This document shows, one piece after another, positions 9,696 through 17,328 of a stretch of 64,000 nucleotides of DNA; within the stretch, counting starts at the first letter, position 1; each line of letters starts with the position of its first letter. The position numbers were made by a program, and so were the translations under genes. The notes below the pieces were generated by a model. The model did not search any database and was not told where the DNA came from. It worked only from the letters and a program-made list of their open reading frames with translations. The DNA lies in the IMG/VR virus record IMGVR_UViG_3300020380_000001, positions 242,501-306,500 of that record; one strand, written 5' to 3'.

Positions 9696-9956
9696 TTACT
9701 CCCCTACGTTTCTGTTATTGTACTCGTGAAGTTGTGATATTGCCCTTACCACAACGCGTGAAATTTCAATATCAACTCCGTATGACGCAATGCGCGGTAC
9801 GAGTTCGCCGGCTTCGCCGCTGTCGCTAGGAACTATGTCCACTAACTGAATAAACATCTCTGTTTCTTCTTCAGATAGTGACTCCCAGCTAGGCTCTGCG
9901 AACGCTATGCCGTATACGATACGGGCTATTTCGTTATTACTCAGGGGTGCTTTCAA
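9696..9956 (-). CDS. hypothetical protein (86 aa, probable TTG start)
   Basis: 3' part of ORF 9696..10061; GGGGAG SD about 6 nt upstream of an in-frame TTG at 9956 inside the groES 3' end. Confidence 0.55.
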   Translation of the reverse strand: MKAPLSNNEIARIVYGIAFAEPSWESLSEEETEMFIQLVDIVPSDSGEAGELVPRIASYGVDIEISRVVVRAISQLHEYNNRNVGE

Positions 9957-10308
9957 AGAACTCTCCCCATGATTCGTCGCCTGGATAAGTGTCTGAGACG
10001 GCGATGACTGACTTCGGATACTCGAGCATATAGACTCGTAAAGGTTCTTTAGTTTCTTCATCTATGATTTCCGGGATTTTACGTGAGCGCGTCCAGCGCC
10101 CGTGCTCTACTAGAACCCAATTGCCTGGTTCTATATCAACAACGTCGTCACCAACAGCGAAGACGTGCGCCCAACGATTACGTACACCGTGCGCTTTACC
10201 ATCATCGTTAGCGATAATGATACTACCCACCTTACGTTCGCCGTGGACTATTTTGTCTACTAGCACTCTACCGGGTAGAGGTTTTACTATGGGATTCAAA
10301 GTTTTCAT
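9937..10308 (-). CDS. groES: co-chaperonin GroES-like protein
   Basis: KPL.GRVLV, mobile loop KVGSIIIA, V.AVG, I.PG.WVL. Confidence 0.8.
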   Translation of the reverse strand: MKTLNPIVKPLPGRVLVDKIVHGERKVGSIIIANDDGKAHGVRNRWAHVFAVGDDVVDIEPGNWVLVEHGRWTRSRKIPEIIDEETKEPLRVYMLEYPKSVIAVSDTYPGDESWGEFFESTPE

Positions 10309-10339
10309 ATTTTTATTCTTATTATTACTTTGTCTGTCT

Positions 10340-10367
10340 ATTTTACACTAAATTCATTTTTTATCAA
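10340..10367 (-). promoter_or_regulatory. sigma70-like promoter for the groES-clamp loader operon
   Basis: TTGATA-16 nt-TAAAAT followed by an AAT-rich leader. Confidence 0.45.
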
Positions 10368-10381
10368 GATGAATTTGCGTT

Positions 10382-11203
10382 TTACCAAACTTCAGTGTAT
10401 GCGTGCCCTTTGATATTGTGGGTTTTGATATGCGATCGACGCGTAGAAACAAGCGTACTCAACGGAACTTTGTCCCTTGCTACTATTTCATAGGTTAAGT
10501 GCCCAGCTAATAACAAGGAACCCAATTCCTCACGCGTCATGTAATCGTCAGTTTCTTTGGCTTTTGCAGCACACAACACAAAGTCAGACTCACAATCATA
10601 CACCAACTCATGGTAATCAAGGCTATGTTCAAATACAGATATTTTAAGAATATCGTCTGTGTTCTCCTTGAACTCAACAACGATATTTTTATCACTGGCG
10701 CCTATGTTCCCGACTGTGTCGAAATACATTGTGTGACTATGCAACACACACAAGATACACTGGTTGTCCGAGTAAAGTGCCGCGGTGGGTATATCAAAGG
10801 TCATAGGATTCTCGTAAACCAAAGTCTTGCCATGGCTTTTTAAGATAAAATGACCCTGGGAATATATATCACGCGGCCTTCCGCTTGCCGCTTCCTCAGT
10901 ATAAAGTATTTGACTTAATGTCTGCATCGAAGCTCGATCAGTTGCCTTGGCCATAGCCTTTGTCAGGTCCCAAATCTGTCCGAGTACTTTATCTACCATG
11001 TCGTTTTCGAAGACATGATTATCGTAACGCACATGCCCGTAAAATTCAGAAAGTCGAAATTCACATGATCTAAATCCAGGCAAGTCTTGATAGCCATTAT
11101 CATCTTGTTCAACTCTAATACGAACCGTCAAGTCAACAGGATTTTTTATAGCCCTAAGCCGTAATGTTCCTATTTCTAGTGTATTTGTGTTAGCGGTTGC
11201 CAT
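10382..11203 (-). CDS. hypothetical protein (273 aa)
   Basis: Long ORF with AAGGA SD. Confidence 0.8.
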   Translation of the reverse strand: MATANTNTLEIGTLRLRAIKNPVDLTVRIRVEQDDNGYQDLPGFRSCEFRLSEFYGHVRYDNHVFENDMVDKVLGQIWDLTKAMAKATDRASMQTLSQILYTEEAASGRPRDIYSQGHFILKSHGKTLVYENPMTFDIPTAALYSDNQCILCVLHSHTMYFDTVGNIGASDKNIVVEFKENTDDILKISVFEHSLDYHELVYDCESDFVLCAAKAKETDDYMTREELGSLLLAGHLTYEIVARDKVPLSTLVSTRRSHIKTHNIKGHAYTEVW

Positions 11204-11212
11204 TTGTGTTCC

Positions 11213-11671
11213 TTATACTTCTCTGTATATTACACCGGTCTCGTAAAACATTTCAAGTGAAGCGTCATACCCGTCAGTGTGCCTCGCAGCGTACCAGTCA
11301 GATCCTACGCCACCGCTCTTGTCTACAATCACCTCGGCTATCTGTACTTGAATGATAGCACGGGCACAATCAGCGCACGGTGTGTGGGTGACGTAAATTC
11401 GACAACCAACCAGCGACTGGCCTTGGTTTTGGTAAATAGCGTTCCGCTCCGCGTGCTCAAAGTAAGATCGTTTAGCCGGGCGCTCGTGTCGAGATGGCAC
11501 ATCATCATTTACGCCCCTAGGAAAGCCATTGTAACCAGCAGAAACCATCGTATTCCTGCTGTCTACAATTACACTACCAACTTGGGTACTCTCGTCTTTG
11601 GACCATGTGGCTATTAGACGAGCAACGTCGAGGAAACGTTGGTCCCATTTCTCTTGTCTAGTAATGGTCAT
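11213..11671 (-). CDS. dCMP deaminase
   Basis: SKD.STQVG, GYNGFPRG, HAERNA, PCADC zinc motifs. Confidence 0.93.
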   Translation of the reverse strand: MTITRQEKWDQRFLDVARLIATWSKDESTQVGSVIVDSRNTMVSAGYNGFPRGVNDDVPSRHERPAKRSYFEHAERNAIYQNQGQSLVGCRIYVTHTPCADCARAIIQVQIAEVIVDKSGGVGSDWYAARHTDGYDASLEMFYETGVIYREV

Positions 11672-12030
11672 TCCCCTGCGATCTCGTCAGGTGCTTCGTC
11701 GCCAGAATCAGCTTTTGGTTTTGATTTAGACCGTGCTCTCGGCGCTGGTTTCTCTTTCTCTTTCTCTTCGACTTTGGTCTCTTCAACCTCTGTCTTAATT
11801 TCAGCTTCGTCCGCATCTGGCTTAATGCTTACGTTTTTAACTGAGTTAGGCGATCGCGAGTAATACTCTTCCGACACTTGCTTGGCTGTTTTAATAATCT
11901 TGCCTTGGCTGTCGATAATATCGCCACGTGCGTTCATAGATGCATTGCCTACGGCAGGTACAGTGTCATTACTGCGCATTAGTTGACCGAAATCAATATC
12001 ACGGCCGCGTTTGGTTTTAACTTTCTTCAT
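11668..12030 (-). CDS. jumbo-phage hypothetical protein
   Basis: GRDIDF..L...PAVGNASMNARGD motif; charged tail; coupled to neighbours. Confidence 0.75.
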   Translation of the reverse strand: MKKVKTKRGRDIDFGQLMRSNDTVPAVGNASMNARGDIIDSQGKIIKTAKQVSEEYYSRSPNSVKNVSIKPDADEAEIKTEVEETKVEEKEKEKPAPRARSKSKPKADSGDEAPDEIAGE

Positions 12031-12577
12031 CGTTGTTCCCTAAGTCTTTTGCAAATTCTGCGAAATCTAGTTCGTAAAGCATCGAATCCACATCATGTAG
12101 GCCTAACTTATACAGCAAGTAAGAACTAACACTTGATCCACGCCCTACTCCCCACGTTACGTTTGAAACTTCACATACATAAAGTACGTAAAGCAAATAT
12201 TTAAGAAGCGGTATTGAGTCGCACTCAAGGAAATAGTCATATTCCATTTTTATGCGTGCTTTTTCTTCGTCAGTTGTGCACAACCCGTATAAGTAATCAA
12301 GTAAATCAAGGTCAGCAAATTCAGGCGGAGTAAGCCATTCGGACTTACATCTTTCAAGGAAGGGTAGTGTTTTTTCGTAGTCGTAATCAGGCGTGGTTAT
12401 TGCCATCTTGTCAAACAAGTCGGCAGCTTCATGATAGCGTTTGACTTCGTCTTCGTCGCTTACTACTACAACGTCAGTCGGTTTGACGCCTTCTAGAATC
12501 GCGTTCACTACGTCTGCTCGGTCGAATATTGGCCGAGCGAGAGCGTCTAGCTTTCTTACTTTTGCGTTCATCTGCAC
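12017..12577 (-). CDS. DNA polymerase III alpha (DnaE)-like fragment
   Basis: RI..E...F...YLL....WGVGRGSSVSSYLLY.LGLHDVD...YEL.F..F matches the DnaE GRGS region; only 186 aa. Confidence 0.8.
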   Translation of the reverse strand: MQMNAKVRKLDALARPIFDRADVVNAILEGVKPTDVVVVSDEDEVKRYHEAADLFDKMAITTPDYDYEKTLPFLERCKSEWLTPPEFADLDLLDYLYGLCTTDEEKARIKMEYDYFLECDSIPLLKYLLYVLYVCEVSNVTWGVGRGSSVSSYLLYKLGLHDVDSMLYELDFAEFAKDLGNNDEES

Positions 12578-12767
12578 CGTTCATCTTATCTTCGATTTCT
12601 TTCTGTTGTTTTTCTTCCAGATCAGAAATCAGTACGTCAAGCTGGGCTAACATTTGATGATAGCCCTTACCTATCGCGTTGGCACGGCGCTGTCTCAAAT
12701 GCATGAGTTTTTGCTGAGTATTCAGCTTATCCACATCTAGTTGATTTTCATCGCCGTTACCGTTCAT
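12474..12767 (-). CDS. hypothetical protein with basic C-terminus
   Basis: Starts 3 nt after the MazG stop; 3' end overlaps the next gene by about 100 nt. Confidence 0.55.
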   Translation of the reverse strand: MNGNGDENQLDVDKLNTQQKLMHLRQRRANAIGKGYHQMLAQLDVLISDLEEKQQKEIEDKMNGADERKSKKARRSRSANIRPSRRSERDSRRRQTD

Positions 12768-12770
12768 TGA

Positions 12771-13220
12771 TTAGATATCCGTCTTAGTACGCTTTTCAGA
12801 ACGTTCCACGTCAAACCCTGTCGGGAATCGTGCTTCTAGTTTTGCGCGGTTAAGTTCCATGAGTTCACTAGGTTTCATACCCAGTGCCATCACAGCTTGC
12901 ACCCAGTAGAAGATAACATCACCGAGTTCTTTCTTAAGGTGATCAGTGGTTTTCTCGTCAAGTTCTTTGCCTTGGAATAGCACTTTCTTCATGATGTCAA
13001 GTGTTTCACCTGATTCTGATGCAAGTCCGATGACACCTGTCATTAGACGAGAAAACGATTCGTGCTCTTGTAAAGAGATTAAACGATGGATAACTTTGAG
13101 AAGTTCATCGCTGTCTTTTGTAGGCAGTGATGACACCGAGTCTACAAATCTTGAGTACTCGTGTATATCAAAGTTATCCGGCGTGCTTAGGTCAGTTTGT
13201 TTAATAGGAGTTGATGACAT
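12771..13220 (-). CDS. MazG-like NTP pyrophosphohydrolase
   Basis: GLASESGE..D..KK, KELGDV.FY, N..KL..RFP motifs. Confidence 0.9.
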   Translation of the reverse strand: MSSTPIKQTDLSTPDNFDIHEYSRFVDSVSSLPTKDSDELLKVIHRLISLQEHESFSRLMTGVIGLASESGETLDIMKKVLFQGKELDEKTTDHLKKELGDVIFYWVQAVMALGMKPSELMELNRAKLEARFPTGFDVERSEKRTKTDI

Positions 13221-13278
13221 CTTTATTATTATCCTTAGTGTGTCTTTGTTGCGTATATTTAATATTATACTGACTTAT

Positions 13279-13307
13279 ATGATACAAAATTGTATCACTT
13301 TTGTCAA
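13279..13307 (-). promoter_or_regulatory. sigma70-like promoter with an operator-like palindrome in the spacer
   Basis: TTGACA (13302-13307)-17 nt-TATCAT; perfect inverted repeat TGATACAA-AA-TTGTATCA at 13280-13297. Confidence 0.55.
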
Positions 13308-13738
13308 TATTCGTTGTGTCTTTCGCTTCTTATAAACTGGAAAAGCATATCTAATGTCTTTTCTACTTTTTGCTCTACTCGAGCAATTTTCACATCGTTC
13401 GCATCATGTGAACGTTGAATTTCTTGACGCAATTGTGCCTGATAGTCATTGTTGTTTTCTCTAGTTTGATCAACACGGCCGTTAAGCGCGTCAAGTCTAG
13501 ATACTAACTCATTATAATTGTTAACAGATCCCGTTTCTAATTTAGATAGGCGCTCTTTTAACTCTGTTAATGTACTATCGACATCTTTCTTATACTGCTC
13601 ATTGAAATCGGATTTGCTCTGCAAGCTCTTTTCTTTGGACTGGTGTTTAACCAGCGTAATTATTCCAATTACTACAGCTATAACCGAGCCAACTATTGCG
13701 ATGCCTGCGCCGAGCGTTATAGTTGTTGGTTCTGCCAT
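13304..13738 (-). CDS. single-pass membrane protein with coiled-coil C-terminus
   Basis: Hydrophobic LGAGIAIVGSVIAVVIGIITLV, then heptad-rich region; SD GAGGT. Confidence 0.8.
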   Translation of the reverse strand: MAEPTTITLGAGIAIVGSVIAVVIGIITLVKHQSKEKSLQSKSDFNEQYKKDVDSTLTELKERLSKLETGSVNNYNELVSRLDALNGRVDQTRENNNDYQAQLRQEIQRSHDANDVKIARVEQKVEKTLDMLFQFIRSERHNEY

Positions 13739-13745
13739 GACTACC

Positions 13746-14180
13746 TCACATAGACTTAATTTTTGTTAACTCGTCCAACATTAGGTCGAGTTGATTTTTG
13801 CGTGATGTTCTTGCTTTTTGGAGGTATGTATGTGTTTTGTCATATGCCCACTGTACCAATTCCTTGGCGTATTTGGTGCATAACAAGTCAACGGGTAATA
13901 AACAATTTTTACTACGAGTCACTTTCAGTTCATCATTACTGATATATGCCGCCGGCACTCCCTTACTGTTAATCAGTGTCGCGTAATTACTAGTTACCAT
14001 ATCTTGATCGATTAAGATAACCGCAGTAATAACGCCATCCGCATAACGGAGAGCACGGTCAATATCATTAAAAGATACCACCGCTATTTCAGTGACAAAC
14101 GATTCTAAATTTTGAACGACTTCTTCGTACTGAGTAACAATGATAACTTCTAATATAGGATGTTTTTCTGTAGATACCAT
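13746..14180 (-). CDS. hypothetical protein, possible degenerate receiver (CheY-like) fold
   Basis: EVIIV...VVSFNDIDRAL...AVILIDQDM pattern resembles REC beta1-beta3; acidic pocket not conserved. Confidence 0.55.
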   Translation of the reverse strand: MVSTEKHPILEVIIVTQYEEVVQNLESFVTEIAVVSFNDIDRALRYADGVITAVILIDQDMVTSNYATLINSKGVPAAYISNDELKVTRSKNCLLPVDLLCTKYAKELVQWAYDKTHTYLQKARTSRKNQLDLMLDELTKIKSM

Positions 14181-14208
14181 ACTTAGTTTACCACGTTTTG
14201 TTTAACTT

Positions 14209-14215
14209 TATTTAG
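14209..14215 (-). promoter_or_regulatory. late promoter motif CTAAATA
   Basis: 29 nt upstream of ATG 14180, just downstream of the clpP terminator. Confidence 0.65.
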
Positions 14216-14224
14216 CTAAAGACG

Positions 14225-14255
14225 AAGAAGCCGCATACGGTGCGGCTTCTTTTTT
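14225..14255. terminator. intrinsic terminator after clpP
   Basis: AAGAAGCCGCA-TACGG-TGCGGCTTCTT hairpin with T-rich flanks. Confidence 0.8.
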
Positions 14256-14270
14256 AATGTTTGTGTTCAG

Positions 14271-14837
14271 CTATTTTAAGTCGTTAATAGACTTGACTAC
14301 TTCGTCTATTAAGCCATACTCTTTGGCTTCAGCTGCTGACATAAAGTTGTCACGATCAGTGTCAGCTTCAATCTTATCGAGCGGCTGTTTTGTAAAGTCC
14401 GCAAGCATTCTGTTTAGTTTATCTTTAATAGACAGAATCTCTTTAGCGTGTATCTCAAAGTCAGATGCCTGGCCTTGGAATCCGCCCAGTGGCTGGTGAA
14501 TCATTACACGGCAATTAGGCAGCGCGTAACGAACGTCGCCTGCCGCTAATAAGAACGAACCCATTGAACAGCACTGCCCGGTACCAACAGTAATAATACG
14601 AGAGTTCACAAACTTCATCGTATCATACATTGATAATCCCGCAGTTACAGCACCGCCGGGTGAATTAACGTATACGTAAATGTCGGCTTCCATCTTGGAT
14701 TCAAGATAAAGGATCTGCGCATTTACAGACTCAGCCATGTGATCATTTACAGGACCGTTAATCAGTATAATGCGGTCTTCCAAAAGTCGTGAAGCCAAAT
14801 CAACTACACGGTTATTCTCTATGATCATCGGAATCAT
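14271..14837 (-). CDS. clpP: ATP-dependent Clp protease proteolytic subunit ClpP
   Basis: SRLL.DRII, YVNSPGG, catalytic Ser in CCSMGSFLL, His in MIHQP, Asp in [17 protein letters not shown]. Confidence 0.97.
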   Translation of the reverse strand: MIPMIIENNRVVDLASRLLEDRIILINGPVNDHMAESVNAQILYLESKMEADIYVYVNSPGGAVTAGLSMYDTMKFVNSRIITVGTGQCCSMGSFLLAAGDVRYALPNCRVMIHQPLGGFQGQASDFEIHAKEILSIKDKLNRMLADFTKQPLDKIEADTDRDNFMSAAEAKEYGLIDEVVKSINDLK

Positions 14838-14846
14838 ATATTTTCC

Positions 14847-15623
14847 TTATTGTGGTAAAACTTTGTCAATAGTAGCTAGTAAATCCGGATCAAATGCTAG
14901 CTTGTTTTCTGGATTGAGTGAATCCATATTCTCAATACACCATAACCAGTAATCAGCCGGAACTTCTGAGAACGGTTTGCCTTTGTGTTTTCCAAAAGGC
15001 ACTGTTTGGTATATTGTCGGTTCTTGTGCGTACTGAACAACGTCAGCGAGCATATCAGGACCGGGCTCTATAATACCGCGTACGAGCATCGTTTCTACCA
15101 TGACCTCTAGTAATCTGGCAGTGAAATATGCATCGTGCGGGGCTCTGTGAAGCTGCAAATTATCTAATTCAGGGCGGTCTTCCGACAGGTCGAAGTGATA
15201 TCGCATGTCAGGCAAATTGTATGATTCCAACTCAGGGAACAACTTGCGGCCTAGACGCAGAGTACAAATAAATTGTTCTTCAGGGATATTTGCGCCATAT
15301 GCGTCTGATACAAGGAATTCATACTTTGCATTGTGCGCAACAATAAAACGATCTCTGATAGAGTCAAAAAACTCATTACGCTTGTAAATGAACTCTTCGC
15401 GCCCTGCGAGCATGCGCGGGGTAATCAAGCACACTGATTGGGTTTTAACAGGAAGGGCACCTGCTACGTTGAATAGCTCGCCTTCCATCGACCACGTATT
15501 GCCATCAAAACTAGAAGTACCAGTTTCAATAACTTCAACATCATACGGGTCTAGCCCGGTGGTCTCATAGTCTATCACGACTAATGATTTGTAGAAATTC
15601 TTAACAAATAAATTCATTGACAT
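14847..15623 (-). CDS. DEDDh 3'-5' exonuclease, exodeoxyribonuclease X-like
   Basis: IDYETTG, VAHNAKYE, ICT, HRAPHDA; C-terminal VPFGKHKG.PFSEVP.DY..W domain. Confidence 0.88.
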   Translation of the reverse strand: MSMNLFVKNFYKSLVVIDYETTGLDPYDVEVIETGTSSFDGNTWSMEGELFNVAGALPVKTQSVCLITPRMLAGREEFIYKRNEFFDSIRDRFIVAHNAKYEFLVSDAYGANIPEEQFICTLRLGRKLFPELESYNLPDMRYHFDLSEDRPELDNLQLHRAPHDAYFTARLLEVMVETMLVRGIIEPGPDMLADVVQYAQEPTIYQTVPFGKHKGKPFSEVPADYWLWCIENMDSLNPENKLAFDPDLLATIDKVLPQ

Positions 15624-15850
15624 ATTCTCGTGTGTAGTCTGGATATATAGGACTCCGACTTGGCAGACAATGTCTCATAACTATAGCGCGGATTAAAAGG
15701 ATCTTCAACTGCGTAGTAATCAACAATTTCTTGCACTTGTTGATCAAAGCTGTCTAGTTGGGTTAAGACATGGTGGTTTACTGACCCGCGGCCGAGGTCG
15801 TCAAATACGGTTAAGTCTAAGCGATCGTCAAACTCGATATCGTCGTCCAT
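15614..15850 (-). CDS. hypothetical acidic protein (78 aa)
   Basis: First gene of the exoX-clpP unit, overlapping the exoX start. Confidence 0.65.
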   Translation of the reverse strand: MDDDIEFDDRLDLTVFDDLGRGSVNHHVLTQLDSFDQQVQEIVDYYAVEDPFNPRYSYETLSAKSESYISRLHTRICQ

Positions 15851-15885
15851 AATATATACTCTTTGTGTTTGTTATTATATCTAGC

Positions 15886-15927
15886 GCACATAATGATTAT
15901 GTGTGAATTTTTTTAATCATTATGTGC
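15886..15927. promoter_or_regulatory. nested inverted repeats (operator-like) upstream of the clpP operon
   Basis: GCACATAATGATTA-14 nt-TAATCATTATGTGC plus internal CACATAAT-G-ATTATGTG. Confidence 0.6.
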
Positions 15928-15974
15928 AACATACACAAAAAGTGGTCAACGGTCAAACTGTTTTTAAAAACTTT

Positions 15975-16322
15975 TTAAAGTTTTTTGCCTAGTGCTTCAT
16001 TCTCCAAGCGCACTGCGCCAATCTCTTTCAAGACACTAAACGGATTAATACTGGATTCGATCATATCCATAATGCATTCTACTTCGCTTGCCAAATCATT
16101 TACTGGAAAATCTCGATGACTTTCGTCCCAGTAAGCGTATATGTGTTCGGGTTTCATATCCCTGAGTATTTCACTAAACTGGTCGTCTTGCATGGCAATG
16201 TTAAAGTTATTATACACGCCCGCGTCTGCTATAAGGCGGTTAGGTTCGTTTTCTTCGTGGCGTAACGAAATCAAAAGTACAGGTATATCTAGCGCTGATT
16301 TCAAGGTTGTTATTGTTGTCAT
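15975..16322 (-). CDS. hypothetical protein (115 aa)
   Basis: ORF with AGGA SD. Confidence 0.7.
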   Translation of the reverse strand: MTTITTLKSALDIPVLLISLRHEENEPNRLIADAGVYNNFNIAMQDDQFSEILRDMKPEHIYAYWDESHRDFPVNDLASEVECIMDMIESSINPFSVLKEIGAVRLENEALGKKL

Positions 16323-16330
16323 TCTGTATC

Positions 16331-16669
16331 CTAGCTAATATTACTGACGTCAACACCAATGGTAACTACAGTGTTGGTCTTCTCCGCAATTGCGGTATTC
16401 ATCGCGTCTATGACTTTTTCCATGTCTGTCTCAGCCGTGCCATAATATGCGTTATAAACTGAAAAATTCCAACCGTTGAGGTCTTGACCTGCAAGGGCTA
16501 TTGCTTCATTGAAAAGCTTCGGTGTGATATCCTTATAAGACTTAATTCGGTCAACTTTAAGATATTTAATGAGCCTTTCCATAGGTAGTATTAGAAACGT
16601 GCCAATTTCTCTGCCGGCGTCATCGCGTCCGTGGACTAGGCGACCAATGCTTTGTATGCTTGAGCTCAT
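16331..16669 (-). CDS. hypothetical protein (likely start MSSSIQ)
   Basis: ORF 16331..16684; GAGGAG SD precedes ATG at 16669; late-type GTAAATA at 16696-16702. Confidence 0.7.
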   Translation of the reverse strand: MSSSIQSIGRLVHGRDDAGREIGTFLILPMERLIKYLKVDRIKSYKDITPKLFNEAIALAGQDLNGWNFSVYNAYYGTAETDMEKVIDAMNTAIAEKTNTVVTIGVDVSNIS

Positions 16670-16712
16670 ATAACTTCTCCTCATTATACAATAAGTATTT
16701 ACGCCACAGATG

Positions 16713-16741
16713 AAAAAGCCAGCTAGTAAACTAACCGGCTT
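16713..16741 (-). terminator. intrinsic terminator of the clpS unit
   Basis: Minus strand AAGCCGGTTAG-TTTA-CTAGCTGGCTT followed by TTT (G-U pairs in stem). Confidence 0.7.
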
Positions 16742-16787
16742 CGCCTTAGTATTTTACACATGTTGACCCCAGTTTAGGGAGCCTGTA

Positions 16788-16910
16788 TCAAACAGCCAGA
16801 ACGGCAAGTACAATAACAGTCGTCACGACTAGTAAAGTACCGTTCAATACAGCTTCTTCCCAACGTGTTACCTGTGAAAAATTAAACTTATTCACAAGAT
16901 TTTTAAGCAT
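16788..16910 (-). CDS. 40-aa small membrane protein translationally coupled to clpS
   Basis: Not in the ORF track. TAATG overlap with the clpS stop; MLKNLVNKFNFSQVTRWEEAVLNGTLLVVTTVIVLAVLAV*. Confidence 0.6.
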   Translation of the reverse strand: MLKNLVNKFNFSQVTRWEEAVLNGTLLVVTTVIVLAVLAV

Positions 16911-17221
16911 TATTCTTCCTCAATAGATACCTTTAATTTTGCCCCATTGAGTTTGTTAGCACTGTCAACTTCATTTACTTTAGTCTCAGCGATCTCGTAG
17001 GGGTAAGAGCCCACAACGCCGCGTTCACCGTTGTGCACAGTAAACATAAAGTTTATAGCTTTTTCTTGGGAATAGCCGAAAACGTTAACTAAGATGAATA
17101 TGACATAGTCCATATGCGTTACTTCGTCATTATGCATGACAACTACCACATCTTTAGGAATCTCAAAATCTTCGTTAGTGTCGATATCGGTTTTTTGAAT
17201 AGTATCCGTTTGTTGAGCCAT
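16910..17221 (-). CDS. clpS: ATP-dependent Clp protease adaptor ClpS
   Basis: VVMHNDEVTHMDYVI.IL..VF, A..FM..VH..G..VVG.YPYEIAETKV, L...IE; SD GAGGT. Confidence 0.93.
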   Translation of the reverse strand: MAQQTDTIQKTDIDTNEDFEIPKDVVVVMHNDEVTHMDYVIFILVNVFGYSQEKAINFMFTVHNGERGVVGSYPYEIAETKVNEVDSANKLNGAKLKVSIEEE

Positions 17222-17269
17222 TGTTACCTCTTTAATAAGATTTTTAACAAACTCTACTACAAAACTGAG

Positions 17270-17328
17270 TAGAGCGTGATATTTTCATATCACGCTCTAA
17301 CTATACTAAATTCACCAAGCATTGTCTA
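17270..17328 (-). promoter_or_regulatory. sigma70 promoter of clpS with a 30-bp palindrome over the predicted start site
   Basis: TAGACA-17 nt-TATAGT, then TAGAGCGTGATAT-GAAA-ATATCACGCTCTA (17270-17299). Confidence 0.6.

Noticed and set aside
17270-17299. clpS palindrome as a CIRCE, CRP or FNR box
   Set aside because: Half-sites and spacing do not fit TTAGCACTC-N9, TGTGA-N6 or TTGAT-N4
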